This document shows positions 1 to 12,277 of a DNA stretch of 64,000 bases, one piece after another. Position 1 is the stretch's first letter; every line of letters begins with the position of its first letter. The translations under genes and the position numbers were made by a program. This DNA comes from Mobula hypostoma. Its lineage: Eukaryota. The notes beneath the pieces are model-generated. The model saw only the letters and a list, made by a program, of their open reading frames with translations. It was not told the origin of the DNA and ran no database searches. The stretch spans positions 12,524,001 to 12,588,000 of the forward strand of contig NC_086109.1 in NCBI RefSeq assembly GCF_963921235.1, given 5' to 3'.

Positions 1-138
1 AAACTGGAGCACCCAGAGACACGTTCAATGGGCTGGACACAGAGACTCTGTACAGAACAACATCGGAATTGAACTCCGATCTCCAAAAAGCCCCAAGGAG
101 TAACAGTGTGGTGCTAACCCCTACGCTACCGTGGTGCC
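1..138 (-). mobile_element. tRNA-derived SINE 5' fragment
   Basis: Minus strand reads gggcaccacggtagcgtag..gttagcacc..ggagttcaattcc (A/B-box-like head), similar to the copy at 10949-11246. Confidence 0.6.
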
Positions 139-669
139 CATCTCAGGATCATCTCAGCAAAGCAGACCCGTGACTTAATCTACAGCAACCAATGAGAGCA
201 GGGTACTTTGTCCAGTGATATATAGTGAGTGGTAGATAGGTGAAAGATACACCTGATCTTTTTTTTTTGAGAATGACATGAGAGAATGAGTTTACACATA
301 CATTGTCCAAATGATTGCTTTTAATTTGGAAGTTGTACTGAGGAACAGCTTATGGAATACACCTTCAAATACAACAGCTAATTCCCCAAAACTGAGTACA
401 ACAGTGAGACCACCTAAATCTTTCTTCAACCCAGCCTCTTGGTTCTCTGCCATTCCACACCTGAGGTGAGATTCCATCACCTGATGTTTCAGGAATAATG
501 GAGTCACCAGGTTCAGTGGAAGCAACACCATTTTATCATGTGTTGTAAACCAACAAATTGGCACTCTAATCCTGGCTTTTTGTTGACGGCAACGAAATCA
601 AGTTCTTTAAGGTTCAGCTGCTAGTTATCATATTCATCATGAAATAATTAAAGGAAAAAAGAAACCTAC

Positions 670-761
670 CCCTGTTTTTTCTCTTCAGGTAGCAAAGTAG
701 ACAAATGACAAGTAGTATGAGAAGAGTTCCAACGACACTGAGCACAATTATGTAAGTAGGC
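670..761 (-). CDS. Gene B transmembrane exon: (M)PTYIIVLSVVGTLLILLVICLLCYLKRKNR(G)
   Basis: Acceptor ttctttaccacag, donor gtaggt; 92 nt, phase 2 to 1. About 23 hydrophobic residues followed by the basic stop-transfer KRKNR. No charged residue in the TM. Confidence 0.88.
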
Positions 762-1446
762 CTGTGGTAAAGAATAGGAAAGGGTCAGTCCTGGTTTGAA
801 ACTTATTCTTGGCCATTTGTAAAGTCTGACATTTACACAGCATTTTTCATGCATTCAGGATGTCTGCAGATCAGAAAATGAACATTAGACACTGTTGACA
901 GTGTGGGAAATTGCAATAGCCGATCTGCTCACAGCAAGGTCTCACAAGTAGAAATGTGACCACGACCAATGATAGCGATTTGGTTAAAGAGTAACTATTG
1001 TCCGGGCTATTTGGGAACCCTCACATGTTCTTTTACAAACATTTCATTGGAACTGTTACATTAAAGAATTGATTGGTGGCTTCTTCTCTGACAGACAGAG
1101 TTGCTGACCATGTAGCCGAACCTCTTCTTTGAATGGTTTCCATGGTTTTCTTTGTTTTGCGGCTGTCTGGACCCTTGTTTGGCTTGGACGAGTCAGGCTG
1201 AAGGGCCTGTTGTTCTAATATACAACAATGACTTTAGTACTCAGAATATTTAGGGTAAGAAGATTATCTTTGATCTCAGGCTTGACACCTGTACAAGAAA
1301 ATCAGTTTCCAACACATCATTTCATTGAAGTTAATCATGTCAAATGTTTTTAATACCAGTTAAAGAGAAACAGATTTCTCTCCCAACTGGCTCTATTTGG
1401 AAGGAGTAGCAGTGAAACCAGCCGTAGAGAGAAACTTATACTTTAC

Positions 1447-1525
1447 ATTTTATCTGATTTAGATTCTTCCCCTTGTGTAGTTGTCGTAGATTCTGTCACA
1501 GTATTTTCACAGAAATGGATTGGCC
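1447..1525 (-). CDS. Gene B stalk exon: (G)PIHFCENTVTESTTTTQGEESKSDK(M)
   Basis: Acceptor ttttcttttaacag, donor gtaaagt; 79 nt, phase 1 to 2, which matches the flanking C2 and TM exons. Thr/Ser-rich; the xCE motif is shared with the gene A stalk. Confidence 0.82.
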
Positions 1526-2305
1526 CTGTTAAAAGAAAATCAAATTAAATTTTATCTGCTTTGTATTTGCAAAAACAAGAGAGCACAATCGGTGGACCAA
1601 TGGGTACTTGAGCACGGTAGACCAAAGGTGATCTGTTATCCAATACACATTTAAAGATTAAAGATGAGATTTATTTGTCATATGTTCATCAGATCACACA
1701 GTGAAATGCATTGTTAGCAATGACAACCAACACAGCATATTTTCTGGGGGAAGCCTGCAAGTGTTCCATGCTTCCAGCACCAAAATGGCTTGCCTATGAA
1801 TTACTAATACTTGCCCGTGTGCCTTTGGAACGTGACAGGAAATCAGAGTACCCAGAGGAAACCCACACAGTCACTGGGAGAATGCACAAACAACTTGCAA
1901 CAGTGGTGGGAATTGGGCTCCGGTCGCTGATCACTGGTGCTGTAGTGGTGTTATGCTTATTGCTGTTCTCCTGAGCACCCAATTACATTCACTGACAATT
2001 TGGATTCTTTCCCGTATTCAGGTACTGGTGGTGTGGAGATGCCGCTGGGGACTTGGACTGAGGGAACTGTAATCCCAATCATAAGGGGAAGTTCCAGCCA
2101 GGGAGCTGGCCTCTGCCAGCCATGGGGAGACTTCTTTCCGGGGCCCCATCACCCTCTGCAGGGGCGTGGTCATAACTGTGCTTGAGTATTCAGGCAGATA
2201 ATGGTTCAAGTACACTTTTTATCCAACAGGATAATGCAGGACGTTTTCTCAATGAAAAGGCTGTTCCTCAGTACAAACTCCAATTAAGTGCAATCATTTG
2301 TACAT

Positions 2306-2660
2306 AAACACGAGGAAATCTGCAGATGCTGAAAATTCTAGCAACACACACAAAATGCTGGTGAACCCAGCAGGCCAGGCAGCATCTCTAGGAAGAGGTA
2401 CAGTCGACGTTTTGGGCCGAGACCCTTTGTCAGGTGTAACTGAAAGAAGAGATAGTAAGAGATTTGAAAGTAGGAGGGAGAGGAGGAGATCCGAAATGAT
2501 AGGAGAAGACTGTAGGGGGACAGATGAAGCTAAGAGCTAGAAAGTTGATTGGCAAAAGGGGTACAAGGCTGGAGAAGGGAAGGATCATGGGATGGGAGGC
2601 CTAGGGAGAAAGAAAGGGGGAGGGGAGCACCAGAGGAAGAAGGAGAGCAGGCAAGGAGTT
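2306..2660 (-). mobile_element. Penelope-like element 3' end/pLTR fragment with degenerate hammerhead motif
   Basis: Near-identical to the 3' UTR of the GIY-YIG-coding copy at 19759-20545. Confidence 0.75.
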
Positions 2661-3314
2661 CAACATAAACTCCATCCATCCCTCAGGGAATATTTCATGT
2701 ATTAAAGAGATCCCCTCTGAAGCTTTTAGACTGTTGAGCACGACTCTCAAATGAGATTTGTAGATCTATTAGGTTCAACGAAATGTGAAATGTTTGGTAG
2801 AAACAGCAAAGTTGAGTATTAGAAGTAGTTTAGAATTCATGACAAAACAAAGTAATTGATTAAAGCATTGAAAATACAGAACATGAGCAGGTTTACAGGG
2901 AACATATATACCTATGTGAAAACTTCTATAGATATGTGAAGAGAAGATTAACTAAAACAAATATTGGCCATCTAATAGACCGAAATGGGAGAATTTATAA
3001 TGGGCACAAAGAAACACAAGACCAATTCAATATTTTGGTTTTGCCTTTTGTCCTGCTTCACCACATTTCCTGATAACTCATGTCAGGCTAGTTGCTCTAT
3101 AATTTCCACTCTTCTCTGTACCTCCTTTTTTAAAATAGAAGGGTTAGCATCTCTCCTGTCCATTGGAATTAAATATGGCCGATAATGCATCTATAGTTTT
3201 CTCATGCCAATTCCTTATGTCCTCTGGGATGTAGAGTATCAGAACCTGGAGATTTATTGGTTTTCAGTCACATCAGTTTTCCCATCACCATTCTGATATT
3301 ATTGGTGAATACCG

Positions 3315-4494
3315 ACTTTCTTCTTCTTTGGTTGTCCATCGAAATCGGATGACAACGTCCACTCCTTTAACGGTGTGACCTTTGATGACTATACAGTCCT
3401 ATCCTGGACCCACAAGCTCTATTGCAGGTGGAACATGCATATGTAGTAGTGGTGGAAACCATGGCTGCATTTCTCCTGGCTCTCTTCTGCTGTCTTCTGG
3501 TTGTTCTTTCCATCCCCAGAATACGAACCCCGTCCCTACACAGCTGTCGCCAAGTGATACGGTCAGCAGCAACATCCTCCAGGTCCTTGGGTCTGATCTT
3601 GCACTTCCTTAAAGCATTCTTCATCTGATCCTTATAGCACTTTTTCAGCCCTCCAGCTGAGCGTCGACCATGATGTAGCTGGCCGTATAACACTCTGCGG
3701 GTTAGCTGGCATGGGGGCATCCTTATCACGTGCCCCAGCCATTGCAGCTGACGCTGGGTGATCATGGCCTCCATACTTCTGCAGTTGGTCTTTACGAGTA
3801 TTTCAGTGTGAGACACCCGCTCACGCCAAGTAATTCCCAGGACACACTGGAGGCAGCTTATGTGAAAGCACTCCAAGGACTTGATGTGATGGCCGTAGGC
3901 CATACTTCACAGCTATAAAGGAGGGTGGTGACACAGACTGCTTGGTATACGGCGACCTTTGTGGAGGGACAAAGACTCCTGTTCTGAAAGACTCTACGCT
4001 GAAGTTTCCCAAAGGCAGCTGATGCCTGTTTAATGCGGCTCTGGATGTCGTTGTCAATGCCGCTATCCTCAGACAGAATGCTCCCCAGATATTTGAAAGA
4101 TGGCACTACTAACAGCTTTTCATCACCAACAGTGAAGGCAGGTAGAGTGGGTGGGATGCTGGTACTCCACTGGCAAAGTGGTATTGACAGTCAGCCCAAT
4201 CGTGCTGTACGCTCTCACCACCACAGCAAGGACAGTCTGAAGATCCTCTGGAGTATGGGCCACAAGAGCACAGTGGTCTGCATACTGCAGTTCCAGGTCC
4301 TGCTCTCCACGGAGTTTGGTGGTTGTGTGGAGCCTCCCAATGTCAAAGAGGTTGCCATCTAATCTGACGTCCACTGCCACACTGCTGATGTCTTCAGTCT
4401 TGTTGTGGAGAAGCTTGGTAACACACAAGAGGAAGATGTTAAAGAGCACTGGCACTAGCACACACCCCTGCCTCACCCCTGTTTTACCTTTCAA
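3315..4494 (-). mobile_element. RTE-clade (BovB-like) LINE, 5'-truncated and frameshifted
   Basis: RT motifs (GVRQGCVL..LFNIF, LQYAD, FKYLGS), WLGHVIRMP and a C-terminal zinc finger CSTCNRACGSRIGLYSHQRSH spread over ORFs 3367-4494. Confidence 0.9.
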
Positions 4495-4645
4495 TAAACC
4501 CTCTGATCTCCAGTATTTCTGGGAGAGTAATTGTTTCCCATATCTCTTAATCTCTCCACCTCTGAAAAAAGTAACTAGATCTTACTTGAATACATGTTCA
4601 TCACTTTCTGGGAGAAGAAATCTTTCCTAGTCGCAGTCTTAAATA

Positions 4646-5256
4646 TGAGGGATGATTGATAAGTTCATGGCCTAAGGTAGAAGGAGTCCGTTTTAGAAAA
4701 CCTAGCACACTTATTTTCCAACATAGTCCCCTCCTACATTTACACACTTAGTCCAGCGGTTGTGGAACATAAGAATCTTGGACCTCCAGAAAGTGTCCAC
4801 AGCATGGGTGATTGATAAGTTCGTGGCCTAAGGTAGAAGGAGATGCGTTACAGCGTTACACAGCTCTCGTTACATGCACATGCAGTTCAACTCCTTGAGT
4901 GATTATACAGAAAGTTTGAAGTTAATAAATAACTCATTGGGGTGATTGATAAATGTGTGGCCTAAGGTAAAAGGAGATGAATTATTAACTTCAAACTTTG
5001 TACATAATCACTCAAAGAGTTGAACTGCATGTGCATGAAACTAGAGCTGTGTTACTCATCTCCACCTACCATAGGCCACAAACATAAAAATCATCCCTGC
5101 TGTGGACACTTTCTGGAGGTCCAAGATCCAAATGCTCCACGACCGCTGGACTAAGTGTGTAAATGTAGGAGGGGACTATGTTGAAAAACAAATGTGCTAG
5201 GTTTTCTAAAATTGACTCCTTCTACCTTAGGCCACGAACTTATCAATCACCCCTCA
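4646..5256. mobile_element. Palindromic mariner-derived MITE with TA target-site duplication
   Basis: TA at 4644-45 and 5257-58; arms of about 200 bp are inverted copies; the right arm encodes the mariner C-terminal motif RWTKCVNVGGDYVEK. Confidence 0.85.
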
Positions 5257-6499
5257 TAGCTCACCCTTAGATTATTCTCAGATTCCATGCACTGTCCTGT
5301 ATTCCCTGGCATTGGAGGCAACCTACCTGCTTATCACCCTGCTAAAATATTGCAAGTTTCTATGAGATCACCTCTCAGCCTTCTACACTCCAGCAAATAA
5401 AAACCTTATCAACCAAATCTCTGATCTTTTGTCACTTGTGACATTCCAGAAATCAGTCTGCTGATCCTTTGCTTGCCGCCTTCCATAACAAGAACATCGT
5501 TCATTGGCTCAAATCTGCTGACAATGCTGGTGGCCCGAGAGCAAGGAACAAGTCAATATGTGACCGATTTAAGCACCAGGCCAGATTGAAAAGGTCCGGG
5601 TGTCAGGGCTGGATGAGAGGGACTGGCTGAAGTGAGGCTAAATGCTCTGCAAGATTTACTCATCTCAGCATTGAACTGAGGCTGTGGCCTGCAACTAACA
5701 GGCTCTGAGACGGGTTGTGACTGGCTTCATGGCTGTGGACTCACTTGCATGAATTTCACTCCTGAATGCTATTTGCTTACTATCATTGTTTGAATGGTAT
5801 CTTTTTTTTTCTGCAGTTCTATTAGGTTTCTTTGTTATGTGGCTGCCTGCAAGGAGACAAATCAGAAAGTTGTATATGGTATACATACTTCGATAATAAA
5901 TGTATTTGAACTTTGGTCCTAACTGATAAAATCCCTGTATCATTACAGTGTTTCATGCTTGTTCCTTTACTCAAATCTCTCTGAAAGTCCGAATACAATT
6001 TGCATGCCTTATGCCCTGCTGCATCTGCATGGTTTACCTTCACTGAAAGATGTACAAAGATATTCAAAACTCATTATATTTCCCCCCCTTTCTATTCTAT
6101 TACCATTTAGGAAATTATCTACATTATTGTTATTGCCCCAGTCTAAGCAATACTAATTTTTTCCTAAGTATTTCTGATTAGCTGAATTGGGGAAATAGTA
6201 AGGCCCAATATAATTTATCCAAGTCTCCATTGGTTGAGTGGTTGAATGATTCCAATATAACCCTTCCCTCTTCAATAATGTTTCTTGAAGCTACTCATTA
6301 TAGGATTCATTTGAGTTCAGTCTATCTACACTTTTGCTTGGAGACTCAGTGAACTAGGATACACAGTTTTTTGAGGTCACATCTCTCAATTCCATCTATT
6401 AGAGAAAGATATGTTGGCTTTCAGGACACAAACATTCACAATCCATGTGATTTCTGCTCATTTTATCAAGGTACAACTGCTTTGATTTTATGACTCAGC

Positions 6500-7000
6500 C
6501 CATTTTCTCTCAAATGCAGCACAGATAATTGTTAATAAATTCAGGTAGAGCAAACATGGATAAAAGTCTATAAGGAGCTCTGCCACGAGAAAGCAGCATC
6601 CATCATTAAGGACTGCTACCATCCAGGCCATGCTCTCCTCACGCTGCTGCCATTGGGCAGGAGGTGTCACACCAGCAGGGTCAGAAACAGTTATTACCCT
6701 TCAACCATTAGGCTCCTGAACTAGCATGGATACCTTCACTCACTTCAACACTGAACTGCTCGCTTCCAAGGACTTACCAACTAATGCTCTCAACATTAAT
6801 TATTTATTTACGTGTTAATAATTTGATCCTTTTGTATTTGTATGTGTCTTTTGCACATTGGTTGTTTGTCCATCTTGGATTGTGTGTTTTTCATTGCTTC
6901 TGTTTTATGTATTTGTTTCTACTGTGAATGTTTGCAGGAAAATGGAACTCAGGGTAGAATATGGTGACATATATGTACTTTGATAATGGATTTACTTTGC
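6500..7000 (+). mobile_element. Rex1/Babar-like LINE 3' fragment
   Basis: Shares the 3' ORF end (atccatcattaaggac..ccatccagg..) and 3' tail with copies at 34050-36250 and 29470-29900. Confidence 0.6.
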
Positions 7001-7282
7001 ATCTTGCGGTAGTTTACCTTGGAAGGACTATCTTAATGAATGGCCGAAAAAATTACCACATTCACACCCAGCCACCGAGAGCAGATCGAAAGCAGGAGAC
7101 ACTCTGGTGAGAGACTGAGGTTTGAACTGCTGTGCCAAAAGGCTGTTGATTCTTTGAAAAGTGGTGACAGCATACACTCCATGCTCCTGAGTGAAGATCC
7201 AACAACAGAAAATCCAGCACGCCACAGTTGCTCAGTTATACTCCATTGACCATCATAAAGAATCAAACCCTGCACTACTTAC

Positions 7283-7603
7283 CCATGCTGTTGACTTCAA
7301 TCACATTTCTGCAGGTCCTGACACTGTTGGAGATGGATACGTTGACCATTTCACTGGACATTGTTCCATTAACATTTGAGGCTTTGCAATAATATAGATG
7401 ATTTTTGTATTTTAAGGATTGACAGCGTAGATCCAGTTTATTTGTGTCAGAGATCTTTGAATCCACAGATGGGGTCTTTTCATACCATGAGTACTGAATG
7501 GGAAGGGATCCATGGACAGACTCACAGGACACTGATACAGAGTCCCTACAACTTGAGCCACTTGTTGGTGGTGAAAATCGAAGCAAAGGAACAGACACGG
7601 GTT
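7283..7603 (-). CDS. Gene B second (membrane-proximal) C2-set Ig exon: EPVSVPLLRF...SCES...YSWY...YYCKASN...TCRNVIEVNSM
   Basis: 321 nt, phase 1-1, acceptor ttttccacag, donor gtaagt; canonical Cys-Trp-Cys; paralogous to the three other C2 exons. Confidence 0.93.
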
Positions 7604-8252
7604 CTGTGGAAAAGAATCAGTGAACTTCTGAAAATCAAACACTCCGAAGATTTCAGCAATTCTGTATCTCAACCAGGACCCACCAGTTTGCAAACTGAGC
7701 AGATCATCTTCCTCTCTGTGTCTCTGCATCCTCACATCTGCCTGAACTGCCATGTCTGACATTATCCCTGAACACAGCAGGTCTCCAGATCAGAACAGCA
7801 TTGATGACACAAAGTCTGTGTCAGTGTGAAAATCAGTTACAATCTCTCTCAGACACAAGGAGACAGTCTAAAGTGGCACCTAACAGTTTGACTTTGCAAT
7901 GGCGGCATTTGCGTGTGTCCAGGAAAACCCCCATAATATGAAAGCAGGAAATTGTCAGATATGTACAAAATGAATGGTGACTTTACGGACAGAGTATAAT
8001 TGTGATTTGTTTCAGTGACCTACAGCAGGAAGGGATCCCATTAGTACTGATATCTATTGAGGGAGAGTATAATTGTGATTGGTTTCAGTGACCTGTAGCA
8101 GGAAGGGAACCCATTAGTTTTGAGATCTATGTGAGACTGGAGAATCAGAAAGACCATAGACCATAGGGTCATAAGAGATAGGAACAGAGTTATGCTATTC
8201 ACTCCATTGAGTCTGCTCCACCATTCCATCATGGCTGATTTAATATCCCTCC

Positions 8253-10285
8253 ACGTGACAAGATAGGCCAAAGCCAGCATTGTTTCCTGAAAGGAAAATC
8301 CTGCCTGACAAACATACTGTAATTCTTTGAAGAAATTACAAGCAGAGTAGACAAAGGAGATGCAGTAGACGTGCTGCACTTGGATTTTCAGAAGGCCTTT
8401 GATAAGGTGCCATCCATGAGGCTGCCTAGCAAGATAAGAGCCCATGAAATTATAGGGAAGTTACTAGCGTGGGTGGAGCATTAGCTGGTCGGTAGAAAAC
8501 AGAGAGTGGGAATAAAGGGAATCTGTTCTGGCTGGCTGCCAGTTACCAGTGGAGTTCCACAGGGGTTGGTGTTGGGACTGCTGCTTTTTACGATGTATGT
8601 TAATGATTTCAACTACAGTATTAATGGACTTGTGGCTAAATTTGCCAATGATACAAAGATAGGTGGAGGAGCGGGTAGTGTTGAGGAAACAGAGAGCCTG
8701 CAGAGAGACTTAGATAGTTTAGGTGAATGGGCAAAGAAGTGGCAAATGAAGTACAATGTTAGAAAGTGTCTGGTCATGCACTTCGGTGGAAGAAATAAAC
8801 AGGCAGACTATTATTTAGGTGGGGAGTGAATTCAAAGTGCAGAGATGCAAAGGGACTTGGGAGCCCTTGTGTAAGATACCCTAAAGGTTAACCTCCAGGT
8901 TGAGTCAGTTGTGAAGAAGGCGAATGCAATGTTGGCATTCATTTCTGGAGGTATATGTAGAGGTTTCTTCTTTTATGTTATTGCATAGGCTAATTAAAAT
9001 GGATTCTTTGTTATGTTATAATTAAAATGGCTTCTTTGTTATGTTAACAGCTGAGAAAGTTCTCCCGCTAGCAGCTTGTTTGGATTATGTTATTGATAAG
9101 AGTGTGAACAAACCAATTGGGATAGATGTTATTCTTTCTAGTGTGTCTGTGAGTTCGTGTGATGCGCGGGTTTTTGGGCAGAAGGCGCGATGGAGAGCAA
9201 GAGAATGGACAAGGTGCTGTGAACCAATTAACGAGGTCGAACCCCGAGCAGGAGTCCGAGATCCAGGGTCTTTGGCGAGGAGAGGAGATGGAGACAGACT
9301 CGTGTGGTGTGTCTGGTCCACCACTGTGGTTGGTCCCAGGTGGCAGGTCGAGGTGGTCAGAGGGGATCGAATGGTGAAGAGAGGATGTTACTAGAGCTCC
9401 AACTGTCGTGCACGAAGGGATTGAACTTTGATAAGTGTGGCGCTTTATATTTTATCTCTATTAATTATATAGTTCCAGTAATATCTATAAACTGTCATTC
9501 ATTTGATTGTATATGGTGTATTGTCTGTTATTTGGCAGGGTGGGGTACATCACACAGCATCCACACAAACTTAATTACCCAGTTTGGCGGGTCCGAGGGC
9601 TGTTTCCCTAGACGACAGTGAGTTGAGCGACCCTGAGGCTTGCCGGGGGGCTACATATAGAATAAATATAGGGATGTGATGTTGAGGCTCTATAAGGCAT
9701 TTGTGAGACTACACTTGGAGTATTGTGTGCAGTTTTGGGCTCCTTATTTTAGAAAGGATATACTGACATTAGAAAGGGTTCAGAGATGATTCACGAGAAT
9801 GATTCCAGGAATGAAAGGGTTACTGTATAAGGAACATCTGGCAGCTCTTGGGCTGAATTCCCAGGAATTCAGGAGAATGAGGGGGGAATCTCATAGAAAC
9901 GTTCCGAAGATTAAAAGGGCTGAACAGATTAGATATGGCAAAGTTATTTACCATGGTAGGGGATTCGAGGACAAGAGGGCACGACTTCAGTATTGAAGAA
10001 TGTCCTTTTAGAACTGAGATGCAGAGAAATTACTTTAGTCAGAGGGTGGTAAATCTGGAATTTGACGCCCTGAGAAGCTCTGGAGGCCAAGTCACTGGGT
10101 GTATTGAAGGCAGAGATAGATAGGTTCTTGATTAGCCAGGATATCAAAGAGTATGGGGAGAAGGCAGGGGAGTGGGGATGACTGGAAGAATTGGCTCAGC
10201 CCATGATTGAATGGAAGAGCAGACTCGATGGGCCGATTGGCCTACTTCTGCTCCTATATCTTATGGTCTTATGGTCTTATGGTCT
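8253..10285 (+). mobile_element. CR1 LINE RT/3' fragment interrupted by a solo LTR
   Basis: WLPVTSGVPQGLVLG..FANDTKIGG; (ttatggtc)n 3' tail at 10260-10285; CR1 sequence resumes directly after the LTR. Confidence 0.88.
8956..9655. mobile_element. Solo LTR (TGTAG...CTACA) with 4-bp TATA TSD
   Basis: Inverted termini TGTAG/CTACA; tata at 8952-8955 and 9656-9659; inserted inside CR1. Confidence 0.85.
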
Positions 10286-10948
10286 AAGTCAATTCTCCTG
10301 CCTTCTCTCTGTATCCTTTGATGCCCTTACTAATGAAGAACCAATGAACTTCCATTTTAAATATATCCAATGATTTGGCCTCCACAACTGCCTGTGGCAA
10401 TGAAATCCACAGATTCACCAGCTTCTGGCTGAAGAAATTCCTCCTGATCTCTACTTTAAAGGGATGTCCTATTCTGAGTCTGTGCCTTCAGGTCCTATAT
10501 ACTCTTACTGTTGAAACATCGTCTCCACATCCACTAGGCTGTTCAATGCCTGATAGCTTTCAATGTGATCCTCCCTCATTCTTCTAAACTCTGATGAGCA
10601 CAGGCCCAGGGCCTTCAAACACTCTTTATTCATTAGGGGAGTGTGACGTCACCTGGAATTTAAAATCTGAGTCCCTTCAGAATTGATGTACAGAGAGTTC
10701 TTGGGGTACAAGTCCATTGCTCCCTGAAATTGGCAACACAAGTGAACATAATAGTAATGAAAGCATTCAGCACGTTTTCTTTCTTCATTCTGCATGTTAG
10801 AGACTAAATCTGACAAGGCATTTTGTAGCTTCATAAAACTCTGGTTAGGTTATATTGAGAACATAATGCGTACTTCTGGTTGCAACACAATAAGAAAGAT
10901 GTTGAGGTTTTGGAGAGGGTAAGGAGGCTCACCACAATGGTACCAGGG

Positions 10949-11246
10949 GTGACACAGTAGCATAATAGTTACCACAATGCTTTACAGTACCAGTGACCTG
11001 GGTTCAATTCCTGCCACTGTCTGTAAGGAGTCTGTACTTTCTCCCCTTGACTGTGTGCATTTCCTCCGGGTGCTTTGGTTTCTTCCCAAATTCCAATGAC
11101 CTACCAGTTGGTAAGTGAATTGGTCATTGTAAATTGTCCTGTGATTAGGCTATGGTTAAATCTGGGGATTGCTGGGCGGTGTGGACCGAGGGTTGGAGGG
11201 TTGATTCCATGGTGTTCCAAACAAACCAACAAATAAATAAATAAAT
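10949..11246 (+). mobile_element. tRNA-derived SINE, near full length
   Basis: A/B-box-like head (gacacagtagcata..gggttcaattcc), conserved core, (aaat)n tail. Confidence 0.75.
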
Positions 11247-11259
11247 ATATGTTTCCTGA

Positions 11260-11720
11260 ATAGGAGTGTATTAGTTATGGGGAGAAGTTTGAAAAACTTG
11301 GTTTGTGTTCGCTTTATTGTAGGAGGGTGAGGAGAGATCTGATAGAAGTCTATAAAGTTCTAGAAGACCATAGATAGGGAAGATAGTCAGAATCATTTTC
11401 CCAGAATTGAGATATCAAATCAGTGTGAGCATAGTTTTAATGTAATCGGGGAAAAGTTTAAGGATGTTTGCGAGACAAGCTTTTCTTTACACTGTGGGTA
11501 GTGACTGCATGGAACACACAGTCAGACCAGTTGGTGAAAGGGATATCATGTCAATATTTAAGAAGCTTTTGGACATGGACATGAAAAGGGAGGAATTGGA
11601 GAGATATGGATCACATGCAATAAGATGGAAATAGCTTAGAATGATATCATGGTCAGTGTAGACATGGTGGGCCAAAGAATCTATTCTTGTGCTGGACTGT
11701 ATCCCAAGTTCTCCCTAACC
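11260..11720 (+). mobile_element. CR1 3' fragment
   Basis: Degenerate LEKLGL..R RLRGDLIEVYK..; ends in a CR1-type 3' UTR. Confidence 0.7.
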
Positions 11721-12277
11721 CCATTGCTCTATTTCCCACCAGAAATGGGCTGGATGGGGAGACTGGCTGCCGGGAAGTGTATGGTCTATGGGTGCCGGCG
11801 GGTGGTTTATGAGAGCACAGAGAGAGTGCAGGGTAGGGGTGGGAGTGACTAATCCACGAAGCAGGGATGGGAAACAGAACAGTCTGCCCTGGGAGGACTG
11901 AACACAATCTGTTGTGATCTGGATCTGATTCCCTTTCTATGCTTTCTGAAGTGTTTAGACCATGTGTAACACTTGTTTCTCATTGACCTGTTAATAGCAG
12001 ATGATTAGTTTTAGTCTGAATGCAAACCACTGACAGAGTAACGTTCCATACGGTTCAGAAGCAGGATAATGTGCTGAGCCTCCCACTGGAAACCAGTGGG
12101 TCAGACCCCACACTGGATGAGAGCAACTGGAGTGGGGTTTCCTGAAACAGGCACCCTCCCCATGGGGGCCTGCACTGTAACAGACCGCGGAATATCGGTG
12201 CTGCCCTGACACTTCCCAGAGAAAACATGAATCAGACACTTCAGTGGAAAGATAAAGTCAATCAATGGGAAACCTAC

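Noticed and set aside
140-660. Candidate first cytoplasmic exon of gene B
   Set aside because: The acceptors tested give immediate in-frame stops or only weak donors in the required phase 1.
1711-1974. Plus-strand ORF ending in a hydrophobic, TM-like stretch (LATVVGIG..VVVLCLLLFS)
   Set aside because: It overlaps SINE/LINE-derived sequence on the wrong strand for the cluster, and the real TM exon is at 670-761.
6030-6100. Possible stalk exon of gene B ending in the same gtaaacc donor as the gene A stalk
   Set aside because: Poor acceptor; the phase-2 reading hits TGA; a better, phase-compatible stalk exon exists at 1447-1525.
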